The notes: generated from the letters alone by a model not told the origin. DNA of 64,000 nt from Gnetum montanum (GCA_015680685.1 MNCI01001481.1:14395-78394), one strand, 5' to 3'; shown: positions 50,901 to 64,000, numbered from the stretch's first letter. Made by a program: numbers and translations.

Positions 50901-52550
50901 TAAAGGATGAAGCCATTCTCAACTATTCTACTTGCTCCAAAATCAATGAATTTTTAATCCCTTGTATTAAGCATTGAAGTTGGATATCATTTTAGGCCTC
51001 CAATTTTGATGTTGAGAAAGATCACATAACAGATTCTACAAAACCTCAAAGTGATGAGAACTTATTTACATCTAGATCAAAAAATCCAAGTAATAATGTT
51101 AAAGTTACTTTTAGTTCAAGTAACGGTAACTTAAAATTTCTTTTAACACTTGAACTCTTAACTCATCTTTCAACAAAAATTTGAGAGCCTCAAGGAGTAC
51201 ATATTACACTGGAAGTCTAGGTTTTCAAGAGCAATGTGCTATTGGCATTGAATTACTAATACTACCTTCTCTTTTATAATTTGTTTAAGTATAACTTTTA
51301 CATATGGACATCCTTGATAACTCTTTAATTTCATATCTCTTTTCAAACGTAATTTTTGTAAGCTTTGTAGAGAATCCAAGTAGAATTTCCTCTAAAGCAT
51401 GTAGTACAATTTCTTCTCCTAAGCTCATCCATATCATCATGTCGAAGTGAGTGATGTAAAATTTTAGAAATTTTGTGATTCCTTGGTGGGCCCATAGCTT
51501 TTGTGGCATTAGGATGACATTATTGAAGAGCAGCTTACTGTTGATGAATCCATTTGTTCTCTATGATGTTCCTTTCATCCACAAGGAGAAAGAATATAGG
51601 TGTAATAACTAAGAGCCTAGGCATTATTGTGTCCCTGTACAAATGAAACAAAGTTAAAATCTCTCTAGCATCAAAAACACAATTTTTCATGTTAAAACTA
51701 ATGATTGAGATTTTGATATTATAGATCAAAATATTGCTAATAGATTTTGCAATAACATATATATTAAAATTTTTTCAAAATTTTAACACAACACATAGAA
51801 CTTTGATCACAAAATTTTGACATTAAACATTAAATTTTTTTTAATGTATTACATTGTTTCTCATGTCAAAGCCCTAAAACTTAGCATTTTGTGAAATATA
51901 ATCACATTGAAACCCTCATGTTGTGTTCTTTCCATGTCATGTTCTTTATGTGAAAAACCTCCAAATCTACATTTTCTTAAAATTCACATGAATGATTATG
52001 AGTTTCACCATGAAAATGTTGATACATGCATACTTTTACTTGTTAAATTTAAAAATTTAATTTTATTTGCTTAAAACTAGTTTGAACTTTCAGATTTCTT
52101 TTTTCTAGCATCACAAGTTTATTGTTCACTACAATAATGACAAAAAATCATTATTTCTACCAAACTAGGTTGTAAATCTACTAAAAACCCTAGGTAACTA
52201 ACATATTTCCTATTTAGGATTTGTAAATTGAAGTAAATTAACAAATGCATGAAATTTCTAGCAACAAATCTAAGAAATTTCTAAAAACCACCAAAATTGA
52301 GGTGAATGACATGGGGTTCTTGATTCCCACAATAAAATCAAACTAAAAGTTAAAATTCAAGTGTTAAAACTCTTGGAAAATGAAAATCCCTATCAAATAC
52401 AAGCCTAGCATTAAAAATATTAGCAAAATCTACTCAAAATTTTAGAAACTAAAAATAAGCATTATGGCAAACTAGAGGAATAGTGGTAAAGTCTTCAAAA
52501 ATTTCTAACTATGATTTGAATAACTTACATTTGAGCATTAGGAGGGAGAA
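47950..52550 (-). pseudogene. Decayed multi-exon gene relic inserted between protease and RT of the Tat/Ogre element; possible FCP1/NIF-like HAD domain
   Basis: Minus-strand GTAAG donors at 52528, 50834, 50094, 49015, 48125 bounding purine-rich coding-like blocks; LWAHQGITKFLKFYITHFDMMIWMS resembles RPxxxxFLxFCxxHFDVxIWSS. Confidence 0.35.
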
Positions 52551-53079
52551 GGTAGGATTCAGGTAGTCCCCTACTATCATTAGTATTACCCTTAGACTCC
52601 TTCCTACTATTGTTATCACTTGCCATTACTCTCTTATCATCTAGTATCGTGATCATTATTTTCTTTACTCATGCATCATTTCTCAAAATGTTCGGATGCA
52701 AATGAAGGATTTGTTGCTAAACATTTTTTTCCTCCTTATATTATTTAAGAAGCAATGCATGCCTTGAAAATTTTGATGTGCATGATATTTTTTATGTTAC
52801 TTAACTTAGAAACCTCATGTTATTTCTTTTTAGGCCTCTAAAACTTGATTTGCTTTTCTAATTTTGGTCTAGGTGAACATGGCTACGTATCCTAATTCTC
52901 TAATTCAACTTATAATCTTGATTCACCTTGCAAGATAAGTATGTCAAACTCTAGATCTCTCTGTTATTGACTTAAAATTAGGTTAAGCTTCTCATATATC
53001 CTCTTTAGACATTATAGATAATGAACTCCTACCTCAATTAGACCTCTCTTTTCTTGATCAAGAGCTTTTCTAAACAAAT

Positions 53080-53918
53080 AATTACCTAATCAACTTACCT
53101 ATACTAAGTGATAAGGATGAATAAAAGACTCTCTAGCTTAGTTCTCTTCTCTTCCAAGAGCTTTGGAAGGCCATCTTAGTAGCTTCACAAAAGTATTTAG
53201 TTTCTTTCACTTAGGATATAATGATATGCCTAATTTATACCCAAAGCTAGTGTAACAAAACATCATTTTGGAGGAAGGTTCCAAACCTGTTAAATAGAAG
53301 GTTAGGAAAATTCATTTGGATATAGTTCTTGCTATAAAAGAAGAGATCACTAAACTCTACAATATCATATTCATCCATCGTATTAATTATTCTAATTAGA
53401 TTTCTAACATGGTTGTAGTTTCCAAGAAGAATTTTAGCATTCACATATCCATTTACTTTTAAGATCTTAGTAAGGTCACTCTCAAAGATGAATTTCTTCT
53501 ACCAAACATTAATAAGCTTATAGAATCCACAATTGGTCATGCTTTTCTATACTTTATGAATGGGTTTTTTGGTGATAACTAAATCTAGATAAATCCATAG
53601 CACTAATAGTACATGACTTTCATGACTTCTTGGAGACTAGTTTACTATCTTGAAATGCCCTTTGGACTTAAGAATGATGAAGCTACCTATCAATAAGCTA
53701 TGTCTTTTATCTTCAATGACATGATATTCAAAATAGTTAATGATTATGTTGATGATTTAACCATGAAATTTACTTTGGTAACTAGCCATGCTTCTAATTT
53801 AGATAAAGTTTTAACTCACTTTGACAAGTTAAACCTCATCTTAATCCTAAAAATGCATTTTTGTGGCTCTCATGGGTAAGATGATAGGTTATCTTGTATC
53901 TAAAGATAGTATAGCTGT
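53080..53918 (+). pseudogene. Tat/Ogre-like reverse transcriptase remnant, interrupted by element B
   Basis: DLSKVTLKDEFLLPNINKLIEST..MPFGLKNDEATYQ*AM..IVNDYVDDL..LNPKKC. Confidence 0.88.
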
Positions 53919-56900
53919 TGATGAGCTGTAATATCACATACACGATATCACGTGTGCGATATCGTAACCCGCCGCAATGTCTATAAATAAGAGGCGGCTT
54001 TTCCTGTTTTAGACATCTAGACTTAGACCCTTAGCCAAACTATAGCGGTTTTACCATTCCAGTGTTAGAATAATTTCCATGTGCCCGCAGTAGGAGTCTT
54101 AAGGTGAATAGATCTTTATTTGAGCAAATTGTACCTGAGCACATATTTGTGTACGACAATAAAGATGAACTTTTTGATAAACCTTGCAGCATATGGACTA
54201 AACTAAATAGGATTTAATTATTGTTAAATGTTTAAATTCTTTCCTAGATAATCAATCTCTCTCAACCCTTGACTCTCCTAGTTAAGTGCATTCAGTACGA
54301 CCACTTTGAGCATGTGTGTAATGCTTGGTAACCCAATAAAGAGTAGCGTTTGGTAATCCCAGTAGCGTTGCACTCGTTCAGGGTGTGTGGGGAAAGTGGG
54401 AACAAATACTGGTGCTAGGACAATTAGAACTTAGTTAGTGAATAGTTAATGGAAGTTAGTCATTTAGTTCTCTTCACCCTTCCCTATTAGCATAAGACAT
54501 TAAAAAGAGAAAAGATATAAAAATCATATACCTCAAGCTTACTTAACCATACAACCGTGACAATACAAGTAAGTTTGGGAAGATAGCGATTGATTAATCT
54601 TAAGTGTTCCATTAAGGTGCGTAAGCACTTAGTCCTTGGAGTTTGACCGGATCACACGTGAGATGCTTGTATTCGTATGGTTAAGTGTAGGGGTGCCTTG
54701 CCACTCATCATTGGTGCCATTGCCAGGGACTTAGTTGTTTGTGCACTATGTAGAACATAAGAGATCATTCATATCATTGGGATGCTAAAATGAACCCTTA
54801 GGATTGATCAAAAGAAAAATAAGATAATGATAAATAGCACACCAAACAAAGACAAAAATTTCTTCTTCTTCGCACAAAAGCACTTCACCGCCTAGGAACA
54901 ACACTAGAGATAGTCGATGGCACAACACACGTAACCAAGATCCGCCAGTTTCTCAACAGTTCCGTGTGGTATATATTCATCATGATGAATATGTACCCAA
55001 CTTTACCTTTATTCTCCATCAAGATGTACAACTGCGTTGGAGAGACTTGGAGAGTAACATAGTGTTGCCCCCAAATCAAGCAGTCCCCAACATGCTTCTT
55101 CATGCTCTCGCACAAATAGGCATGTCACAGTTATACACAAAGTATGTTGCATGTGGTCATGATGCAAGGGACTACCATCCCACAGAAGCGCAACATCAAA
55201 GGGACTTGCAACAGGAGAGATACTATACATTCTTGAAGGGCAAAGGACCCCATAATGCTCCACCCGTCTTAAGCAAAATTGAGGATGGTGAATCTATTTC
55301 AATAGGTTCTCCAAAAAATGATGTTCCCCCTCCTAACAATGGTCAGGAGGTGGTGTATCAGAACCTTGACTCCACGGTTCACAATCTTGGTTCTGATCCC
55401 CACAAACACCAAGTGTTCAACGAGGGAACACAAACACATGATAAGGATGGGCATTCCGATCATAATCATGATCGAGGCTGGGACCACCGAAGAGAAGGTA
55501 GGAAACATCATCATGGCGATGGTTCCCCTTCTTCTTCACCTTCATCATCACATTCACCCTCTCCTTGAGTATTAGGACGCAGTCATAAGGAACCTAACTG
55601 TGAGGATAAAGGTAAACAGGATGAGAAACCTCGGCAAGAGAGTCGAGAACGAGGACGAGGGCATTTTAGAGAATCATGGCATGGAAGAAGGGAGAGTAGG
55701 GAACCACATAGACATCACAGACACTATGAAAGAAATGACCACAAAGAACCCCTACTTGCAACTTGAAGCATGTTAGACATCACGGAGGCCGTAAGAATTC
55801 CCACAAGGCACCAAAAAGATAGCAAGATCAATAGGTTAGACATGAATAACATCCCATGATTTGAGGGGGGATACAACGTTGATCCTCAAAACCACTTACA
55901 AGCATTTCATGATGCATGTGCCTTGCAGAATATCAAGAATGAATGGAAAAAATTAAAGTTTTTTCCAAGGACACTAATGAAAGAAGAGGAAAGCTGGTAC
56001 CGGTNATATCAGGTTCATAGATTGCTGGAGCAAGTAGCTAAGGAAGAAGGGGAGCTACGTAAGAGAGAAAGTGTGGAAGAGTATAATCGTGATCCTTCCC
56101 TCTGAAAAAGGGGAGTGAGATTCTATGAGGAGGAGGAAGAGTCACCACTCGAAGAGATGGTGAATAGGAAAACATTGCCACTCCAAAAATTAAGAACAAA
56201 AGCGTCAGCCAAGGTAGACCAAATGTGGGACTCCTTAGATAGTAGATTTGAAACTGTTCTCAAAATTGTAGAGGAGTCTAAGGAGTGAAGTAGTAACTAT
56301 GACAAAAAGAAAAAGAGGGATTTGGACCATGCACATAACAAAGGTCAAGGTAAAATGGCCATCACTGAAGAGGTTGTGGATTCTGATATGGACAATGATG
56401 GTGAATGTGAGATATGCCTATACGACCATCTTAAGGGATGTTGCCCAATAATCTCACATCTGCAAGAGTCTATGGTGTATGCACTTAACCCATGACTTAA
56501 CAAACAGCAAGCACCTCGAAGGTTACCTTATCTCCAAGGTAACCCAAGGCAGTTCCACCAACCTTTAACATATTACCCAAGTGGAGCTCCACCACAACCT
56601 ATTGAGCAACACCAGCAATGGCAATACCCACAATCATGGGGGATGCCACCACCAAGGCAAAAATACCCTTACTGGCAATTGGATCCATATGGCTATTACA
56701 TGCAGCAACCAATCTCTCCATGTGACTCTGTTGGTCACGTGACCCCACAACGTCACTACCAAGCTCGGGAGTATTATAGGACTCCTCCTAGGGGAGATAC
56801 ATCACATACATACTATCCTCCAAATCCATCTGCAACTCTCACACCGATAGCTCCATTACCACCTACTCTATAAATGCAAGCGGAGCTCCCCACTCAACCG

Positions 56901-59900
56901 CAGCAATGCACTGCTATGAGAGCTATGAACCTTCAACCCGCTGATAGTTTTGACAACCATACAAAGAGAAGACCTTTCTTTAGAACCAGCAGTCCAACCA
57001 AGCTCTCACAACCACAAGCAATTGAGCCTCTGAACACTTCTCCATCAAATAAGGCTTTGGAGCTCCCTTCAAACCAAAAAAAGAGCTCAACACACACGGT
57101 TATGTTAACACATGCCGTGATTGATTGGATTAAGGAGGGCCACCTTTCCAGGAAATTCTCTGATCCTGGAAGTCCTTTAATCTATCTCCAAGTTGCTAGG
57201 AATGAACCATGTAAAGCTCTTCTAGACTTGGGTTTTGGAGTCAACTTAATATCACAAGAGATGTATAAAGCCTAGAACTTGCCTCCACTAAAGAAGAGCA
57301 ATATTTTCTTAGAGTTGGCTGACCAGTCCATCACTATTCCCTTGGGACTGGTGGAGGACATCATTACCACTGTGTGTGGTTGGTCATACCCAGCTGATTT
57401 CCTAGTGATACAAATAAACAATGAAGAAGGGGACTTTCCAATAATAATGGGGAGGGCATGGCTCAGTACCATAAATGCATGCCTAGGAATCCACGATCTT
57501 TCCCTGGAAATATCTAAGGAAAACACTTTTGGAAAGATCGAGAAGAAGATAGTTCCATGCATCACATACAGTGATACAGGGGGTGATTACGTACAGGAAT
57601 GTTCAACATTGCCTGCATGCAACCAGTGTGCCCAAGAAATTAACATACAAAAATTCCTATATGTAGCAACCACATGACAAGAAGACACCTAGTGATTGAT
57701 AGCTAATCAAGAAAGAAACTCACCAACATGCATGGAACTAACTGGGGGACCAATTTGCACCCATGTAAAAGGCATAGATGCACTGGAGCAAGAGTGTCGC
57801 CAACTTCTAACCCTTAACCTGAAAACATCAATAGGGGGAAGCTGGAATTTACTAAAAACTTCAAACAAGCACTTCAATAAAATATTACTAGTCAATTTGC
57901 AACAGACTAAACCTTACCATGAATTTACACCCATCAATGCACATAACACATTGGAGAAAGGATGACCTCACTCATTATTTTGGATCTTCCCCTTCCAACT
58001 TAGTCATGGGGGAGATGGCCACCTATGCTGATCGATCAAGGCCCTCAGTTCCTTTTTAAGTTTTTGTTTTACAAATTTCTTTAACTTTTCTTATTTTTGT
58101 TTTGCAACATCGTTCATACTTTTTCTGTTTATTTATTTCGTTAAGTTCGTCACCTAATAAGTGCTCTTGAAGATGGTATGAACTATACTTCATTGATTGC
58201 TAATGTTTGGTTTTGACCTTTGAGTTATAATGTTGATACTAAGGTATGGTTATTTTGATATAACAGGTAATGAGTCCATGTTATCCATACATCCATGAAT
58301 TTCTATGGTTTATCTTGGCTTGGAACTGTACAGTCCCTTTCCTTAAATAATAAGAACTATCAATGAATCAGTGACTAGGCATTTCTCAAACTAAGGAAGG
58401 ACTAAAGGATTGAAAGGATTTGATGCATTCGTGCTAGCCATTCTCTTGGGTGCTTGGATGTCTTCTTCTTGAGTTTTCCTTAACATTCCGACGTTGCTCC
58501 AATATTGGGAAGCTGAGCTAATAAAAATTACAAGTCTTTGCATGGTGTGGTCCTCACGCAACACAAAAAAGAAAGAAAGAAGAAGAAGCGAGAATTCAAA
58601 GCACACTCCTTAGATGAAATAATCATCTGGGCTACAAGCACTGGTTATGGAACTAAACAAACATGTTCCCTATAACTACGGCCCTTTCTTGCTTCCTACT
58701 TTCTCCTTTTTTGTTTCATTGGAATGGTGGTGACTCTGTGATGAAGGCATTCATGTTACTTCAGGTGGATGGATTGGCCGAATGTATTAATGCCAAGTCA
58801 CTGGATGTGGTTGGTTTGAGGCTAGATTTGGACTAAGATCTACTAAGTCACATTAACCATTAACACATAAGGGGCTGTACACCACCTTGTTCTTGAGATT
58901 TCATTCCATTCTCTTCTTCCATCCTTCTTTATCCATTTTGCACCTCATTGCCGGTTGTATCAATAGTCCATATTTTGGTTGATGCATTGTTTTCTTTTTG
59001 GTAAATTCTTGTGGTTAAGATTTTACTCTAACTTCCAATTGACATTTCTAGAGCCCATGGACTCTTGAATGGGGGATTGTTAGGGCATTAAGGGCATGAG
59101 CTTGCTTTGGGGAGGACCCACTAGCATTCCTATTTGGAGCATCAGTTAATTTATTTCCCTTAAATATTTTTACAATCACCATTTATTTGTTCATTTCCAT
59201 CCCTGACATCCATTTTCTTGGTGTGGTCATTGTTTTTTTTTCTCCATCTTTCTTATTCCTTATCTTTTTCTATTCTCTCGCTACCGGAGGTTCGCTCTTA
59301 GTCATGGGGGTCCTGGTCCAATTTTTTTGATTTCTCTTAACCCCTACACCTTGGGTAGTCACCAGTGTTATATCTCCAAAATCCACATCAGCCATACCAC
59401 AGCTCAGCCAATGGACCTTACACCGAAGCAAGGTATCAAGTACATTGTGATTCAATTATCCTTGCTAATATAAGACTATGTTGTGTGTAGAGATGGCAAT
59501 CATACAACAATAGATTGGATTTTGAGGGAACACTTGGAATGGACTGGTGCTGAAGCAGTTATGCAAGGAACAAGATTAATGGCGCGCTTATAGATGGACA
59601 ACAAAAAGCGCAATCTTGGCATCAGTAGTAGTGGACTTCTTCTTTTCTCTCTCTCTCTTCTCTCTTCTCTCCTAGCTACCAAATAAGGCTGCATGTAAAA
59701 TGTGTATAATGTTCACTCCTATTGTTATGAACACTAATTTTTTCATGCATTGTAATGATGATCCGTTCACATGTCACCCAATTCATCATTAGTATCATTC
59801 AAGTCAATAATCCCATACCTTCCCAATATTTTTTAAGGAACTCGAGCACGAGTTTTCATTTAGTCATGAGGGTATGATGAGTCGCGATATCACGTCTGCC

Positions 59901-60740
59901 CCTGCAATATCATGTATGCAATATCGCATCCCACCACAATGTCTATAAATAAGAGGCGGCTTTCCCTATTTTAGACATATAGACTTAGACCCTTAGCCAA
60001 ACTATAGCATTTTTACCATTCTAGAGTTAGAATAATTTCCATGTGCCCGCAGTAGGAGTCTTAAAGTGAACAGATCTTTATTTGAGCAAATTGTACTTGA
60101 GCACATATTTGTGTACAATAATAAAGATGAACTTTTTGATAAACATTGCAACATATGGACTAAGCTAAATAGGATTTAATTATTGTTAAATGTTTAAATG
60201 CTTTCCTAGATAATCAATCTCTCTCAACCCTTGACTCTCCTAGTTAAGTGCATTTAGTACGACTACTTTGAGCACGTTTGTAACACTTGGTAACCTAGTA
60301 ACAAGTAGCGTTTGGTAATCCCAGTAGCATTGCACTGGTTCAGGGTGTGTGCGAAAAGTGGGAACGAATACTGGTGCTAGGATAATTAGAATTTAGTTAG
60401 TGAATAGTTAATGGAAGTTAGTCATTTAGTTCTCTTCACCCTTCCCTATTAGCATAAGACATTGAAAAGAGAAAAGATATAAAAATCATATACCTCAAGC
60501 TTACTTAACCATACAACCGTAACAATACAAGTAAGTTTGGAAAGACATCGATTGATTAAGCTTAAGTGTTCCATTAAGGCATGTAAGCACTTAGTCCTTG
60601 GAGTACAACCAGATCATGCGTGAGATGCTCGTATTTGTATGGTTGAGTGTAGGGGTACCTCACCACTCATCATTGGCGCCATTGCTGGGGACTTAGTTAT
60701 TTGTGTGCTACATAGAACATAGGAGATCATTCATATCATT
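53919..60740 (+). mobile_element. Athila-like non-autonomous element B (gag + protease only), nested in Tat/Ogre pol
   Basis: LTRs 53919-54710 and 59875-60672 (roughly 90-95% identical by eye); PBS TGGTGCCATTGCCAGGG at 54712; PPT 59860-59874; second PBS plus leader at 60673-60740. Confidence 0.93.
54917..57963 (+). pseudogene. gag-protease of element B (stops, one N gap)
   Basis: HLQAFHDAC..KLKFFPRTL..WYR; CEICLYDHLKGCC; KFSDPGSPLI..KALLDLGFGVNLI..LELADQSITIPLGLVEDII..YPADFLVI..PIIMGRAWLST, an Athila-type protease; no RT afterwards. Confidence 0.9.
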
Positions 60741-61950
60741 ACTCTTCTTCATTATCTTACTACTGGGTAAACTTCTATTCATCTCACATCTACTCAAAAG
60801 GATGCTTTACATAAACATATTCAACACTTTCATTTAGTAAATCCTAATATCCTATATCAAGTTTCTTCTATAGGAATTCTTCTACATTGTCTTAGTTCTA
60901 AGAAGTCTAAGATAATCCTTGATTAGATACTTAGGATCATACTCCTTGAGAGCTCATATCATTTCTTTAGGCTATTTCTGGCTAACATTTACTAAATATG
61001 CTTACAATTTAGTCAATACATGCGATACTTGCCAAAGGTATGCATTAGTTATCTATCTTCCTTCACAAGAACTCAACATGTCTCAAATCATATGGTCCTT
61101 TCAAAAATGGAATTTAGGCCTTATTAGTGCTATTAGCCCTCCTTCATCTACTAGGTACCAATTTATTCTAATTAATATAAAATATTTTAGTAAGTGGGTA
61201 GAAGTTGTTTCTTTATGTTCCACCAAATTTCACTTCATCTATCATTTCATTCTTGACCACATAATAATTCACTTTGGTGTACCTCTCCAGATTGTAATTA
61301 AAAATGGACATTAGTTTAAAAGTAAGGAGGTAGCTAATTTTTTTCTCTATGTATCACATTACCCAATCATTCTCATCACCCTATTACCTTGAGTCTAATA
61401 ATCAAGCCAAATCCACTAATAAAACTCTCATCCATTTTTCCACATCATGGTCAATAAAACCCAATCTAATTAGCACATATATTTATTATATTCTCTATGG
61501 ATCTATTGTATTAGTGTTTGTATAACCACTAGTCTTACCCAATACTTTCTAACCTCTAGTTCTAAGGCAATCTTATGAGTTAAGCTTTGTATTCCATCTA
61601 CTTGTATTACTCTACATGATTTGTGTTCAGATTAGGATAATAACCATATGTGATGCATTGAGTTAAATATTCTTAAAGAAAAATTTGAAGCTTTTCTTCA
61701 ACTTCTCCATGAATATTAAGAAGTTATTAAACTTCATCACTCTATACATGTTAGAATTAGAGAGATTCATGAGGATGATTAAGTCCTTTATCATTTTCTA
61801 AACTCTAAAGATACAAAGTTCTTCCCCAACTAGTAAGATTCATTTTTGGTTATTTAATCTCTAAAAAATGATGCCTATATTCTATCTAATCTATAATGAC
61901 ATAAATTTCTAGATCTTCTTAAAAGAAGCTTCATGAAGTACTACTACATT
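60741..61950 (+). pseudogene. Tat/Ogre-like integrase remnant (continuation of the host element)
   Basis: GYFWLTFTKYAYNLVNTCDTCQRY..FQKWNLGLI..YFSKWVEV..FGVPLQIV..PYYLESNNQAKSTNKTL. Confidence 0.88.
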
Positions 61951-62691
61951 TAGTCAACTCACAACATTGAACTTGCTGACTATTCGAGACTAAACATGTG
62001 TTCTCTTAATGGTAGTTTACTTTCTATTAGTTATTTTTTTTCTATAACAAGATATGTACATTAAGATAATAGTTTTTCACTAAACCCTATTTTATTTGTA
62101 CTATTTTTCTTACTACTCCCCCTCTTTATCTCATATTATACTATTTCTCTAGTTATCTTTTTCATATTTCACTATGTTATTTATCCCATTCTACTCTATG
62201 TGCTTGGCATAATCAGTGAGGCTTCTAAATTATTGAATATCTTATTACTTCATGTGAGGATGTGAATAAGTGTATTATTAAGTGGAACAAGGAGGAGTTA
62301 CTTCAACAATATACATGTAACATCCTTTTAGGCCATATAGTGTGTAGATTTAGCCATGTCCTTCTTCTATGACATGTCATTGTTCTTATGATAGGTGTCT
62401 AGGTGATATCCTCTTTTACCCATTTCTTTTTTACTTTCTATTTTTGTATGCTATAATTTATGATCTCATGTACTATATTTATCTCTTTTTCCTCTCCTCT
62501 CCTCTCTTCATTTATTTTCATTCCTTTCTATATTTAGCATTAGTAAGGCCAAACAAGAGTCTCTACCCTAATGCAATGAGGTAGTATTGAGTGTATATGG
62601 ATGTAATAAGTGTGAATATTCATATGAGTAAGGTAAGGGAGAGGTCAGTTTTAGGGAACTAGCCATGTCTTACTCTATGAGATTGCATCCT

Positions 62692-64000
62692 TGATGTAGG
62701 AACACCTCTTCCAAGCCCTTTTTCATCTTTATAAGTGGTTAAATTATAGTTCAAGAAGGTGGAGAGATGTCTTTGCTACAAGCTGAAAAAATAAAATAGA
62801 AAAAAAAATTATGTATTTCAAGTGCCTAAGAGATGTCTAAGCCAAAGAGAAGATGTTTCTAGCTCTATGTTTAAGAGAAAGTATAGAGGCTGGGTCACTT
62901 GTTGAGCATGGATGAAGAGAGAAGAGGGAAGAGAGAAAGAGTTGGAATAGAGAGATTGCAAAAGAGGATGTATGTATTTGTAGTTAAGTGTGTGCGATAT
63001 TAACCATCACTCTCTGTATGTGCATCTAATCTCAAATCTGTGTGAAGAGATCTAGATTAATTAAGTCTTACGTTAAGGTTAATCACTCTGTGATTGTAGA
63101 GCCTCATGCTCTACAATAGTGTTAAGTGCATAAGGATTGAATGTATCTAGGTTGTAATTCCATTGTAATTATAATCTTTTCAATTTAATTAAAGATAGCT
63201 AGTTTTTCTAGATTTTCAAGAAATTGAATTTTCTTACATTGTTTTTCTATTTTTGAATTTACTATATTTGAAGGATTAAAAAAATTGAAGTGACCTTGCT
63301 TCGGTATTAGAGCCATAGTGTTTATTTTTGTTAAAATTTGATTGTATATATTTTTATCTATTTTATATGGTCTCTAAGAAGAAAAATGTTCAAGCTCTAA
63401 ATCAAGACATGAAAAGCATGAAATTTTCTTTTAAGTTGATGATTGATTGATTGGATGAGATTAGCACTAAGGTATGTCTAAATGCAAGACCCATCCATAT
63501 TCAGCCACATGGTAATGATGTGTAATATGGCTCCAATGATGATGAAGAATTTTTTTAGCTTGGTGGAAGGAGATTCAATGAGGAGAAAGAAACTTTTAGC
63601 TATGGAAGTATGAGAATCCATTAGCCTCAAGTTCTAAGGAAAGGAAATTCACATCCTTATGCTAGAGCTCTAAGAGTTCCATCTTTAATATCAACTTCTT
63701 TTCATGACAAGCTTAATAATGAAGATGAAGGAAGACTAGCTAGAGCATTTAGAAATGCTGCAATACTTTTGTATGTGGAGTTGAAAATTTTAAAAAATGT
63801 CAATGAAATCAATGTTTTTGTAAAATAGCTGAAAATTAATGTCAATGAAATCAATGTTTTTGTAAAATAGCTGAAAATCAATGTTTTTGTAAAATCGCTG
63901 AAAATTTTAAAAAATGTCAATGAAATCAATGTTTTTGGAAGTGGTACCAAATAAATTTTAAATATCAATTGCAGAATCTAGATTAGAAGGTATAGCTTTA
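62692..64000 (+). mobile_element. 5' part of an older relative of the 15865-19573 element (LTR ~62692-63300, degenerate iMet PBS, ORF start)
   Basis: TGATGTAGGAACACCTCTTC resembles TGGTGTAGGGACACCTCTTC; AGATGTCT repeats; CGGTATTAGAGCC at ~63302; MVSKKKNVQ.. start. Confidence 0.65.
63782..63937. repeat. Imperfect tandem repeat of (AATGTC)AATGAAATCAATGTTTTTGTAAAATAGCTG units
   Basis: Four copies of GAAATCAATGTTTTTG-like core with variable spacing. Confidence 0.85.

Noticed and set aside
55981-56030. Apparent deletion in the gag of element B
   Set aside because: Coincides with N at 56005, so probably an assembly gap
63702-63968. 88-aa repetitive ORF on the minus strand
   Set aside because: Translation of a tandem repeat; no independent coding evidence
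1-64000. Assigning a species
   Set aside because: The sequence supports a heavily methylated land-plant genome, but nothing here identifies the taxon without a database search

Overview
Land-plant nuclear DNA: AT-rich, CpG-depleted, transposon-dense, with three assembly gaps (N at 725, 4219-4449, 56005). It holds one intact protein gene, an 8-exon TTC4/Cns1-like TPR co-chaperone (minus strand, 24555-27800, 364 aa) whose 4th intron is a U12-type AT-AC intron. This gene sits head-to-head, 163 bp away, from an intact tRNA-Ala(AGC). The rest is mostly LTR retrotransposons. There are five members of one Athila-like lineage (tRNA-Asp PBS, TGATGA..CATCA LTRs): 1-4493, 6200-12121 (-), ~29870-38143, a solo LTR at 42883-43747, and 53919-60740. 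None shows RT/integrase in the window, and three carry a second env-like ORF2, whole or deleted. Also present: a complete non-autonomous iMet-primed element (15865-19573, TSD TTTAT) with a relative at the right edge, a decayed chromovirus gag-pol, and an old Tat/Ogre-like element hosting nested insertions. The most unusual signal is in the Athila-like LTRs. They are 2x2 mosaics of interchangeable U3 cassettes of palindromic repeats (GATATC-type versus GTCGAC-type) and two U5 bodies. The same element-specific palindrome array plus TATA is repeated inside the element in front of ORF2, which is also preceded by a PPT copy and a conserved ~60-nt intron. All alignments were done by eye; boundaries of the decayed features are approximate.
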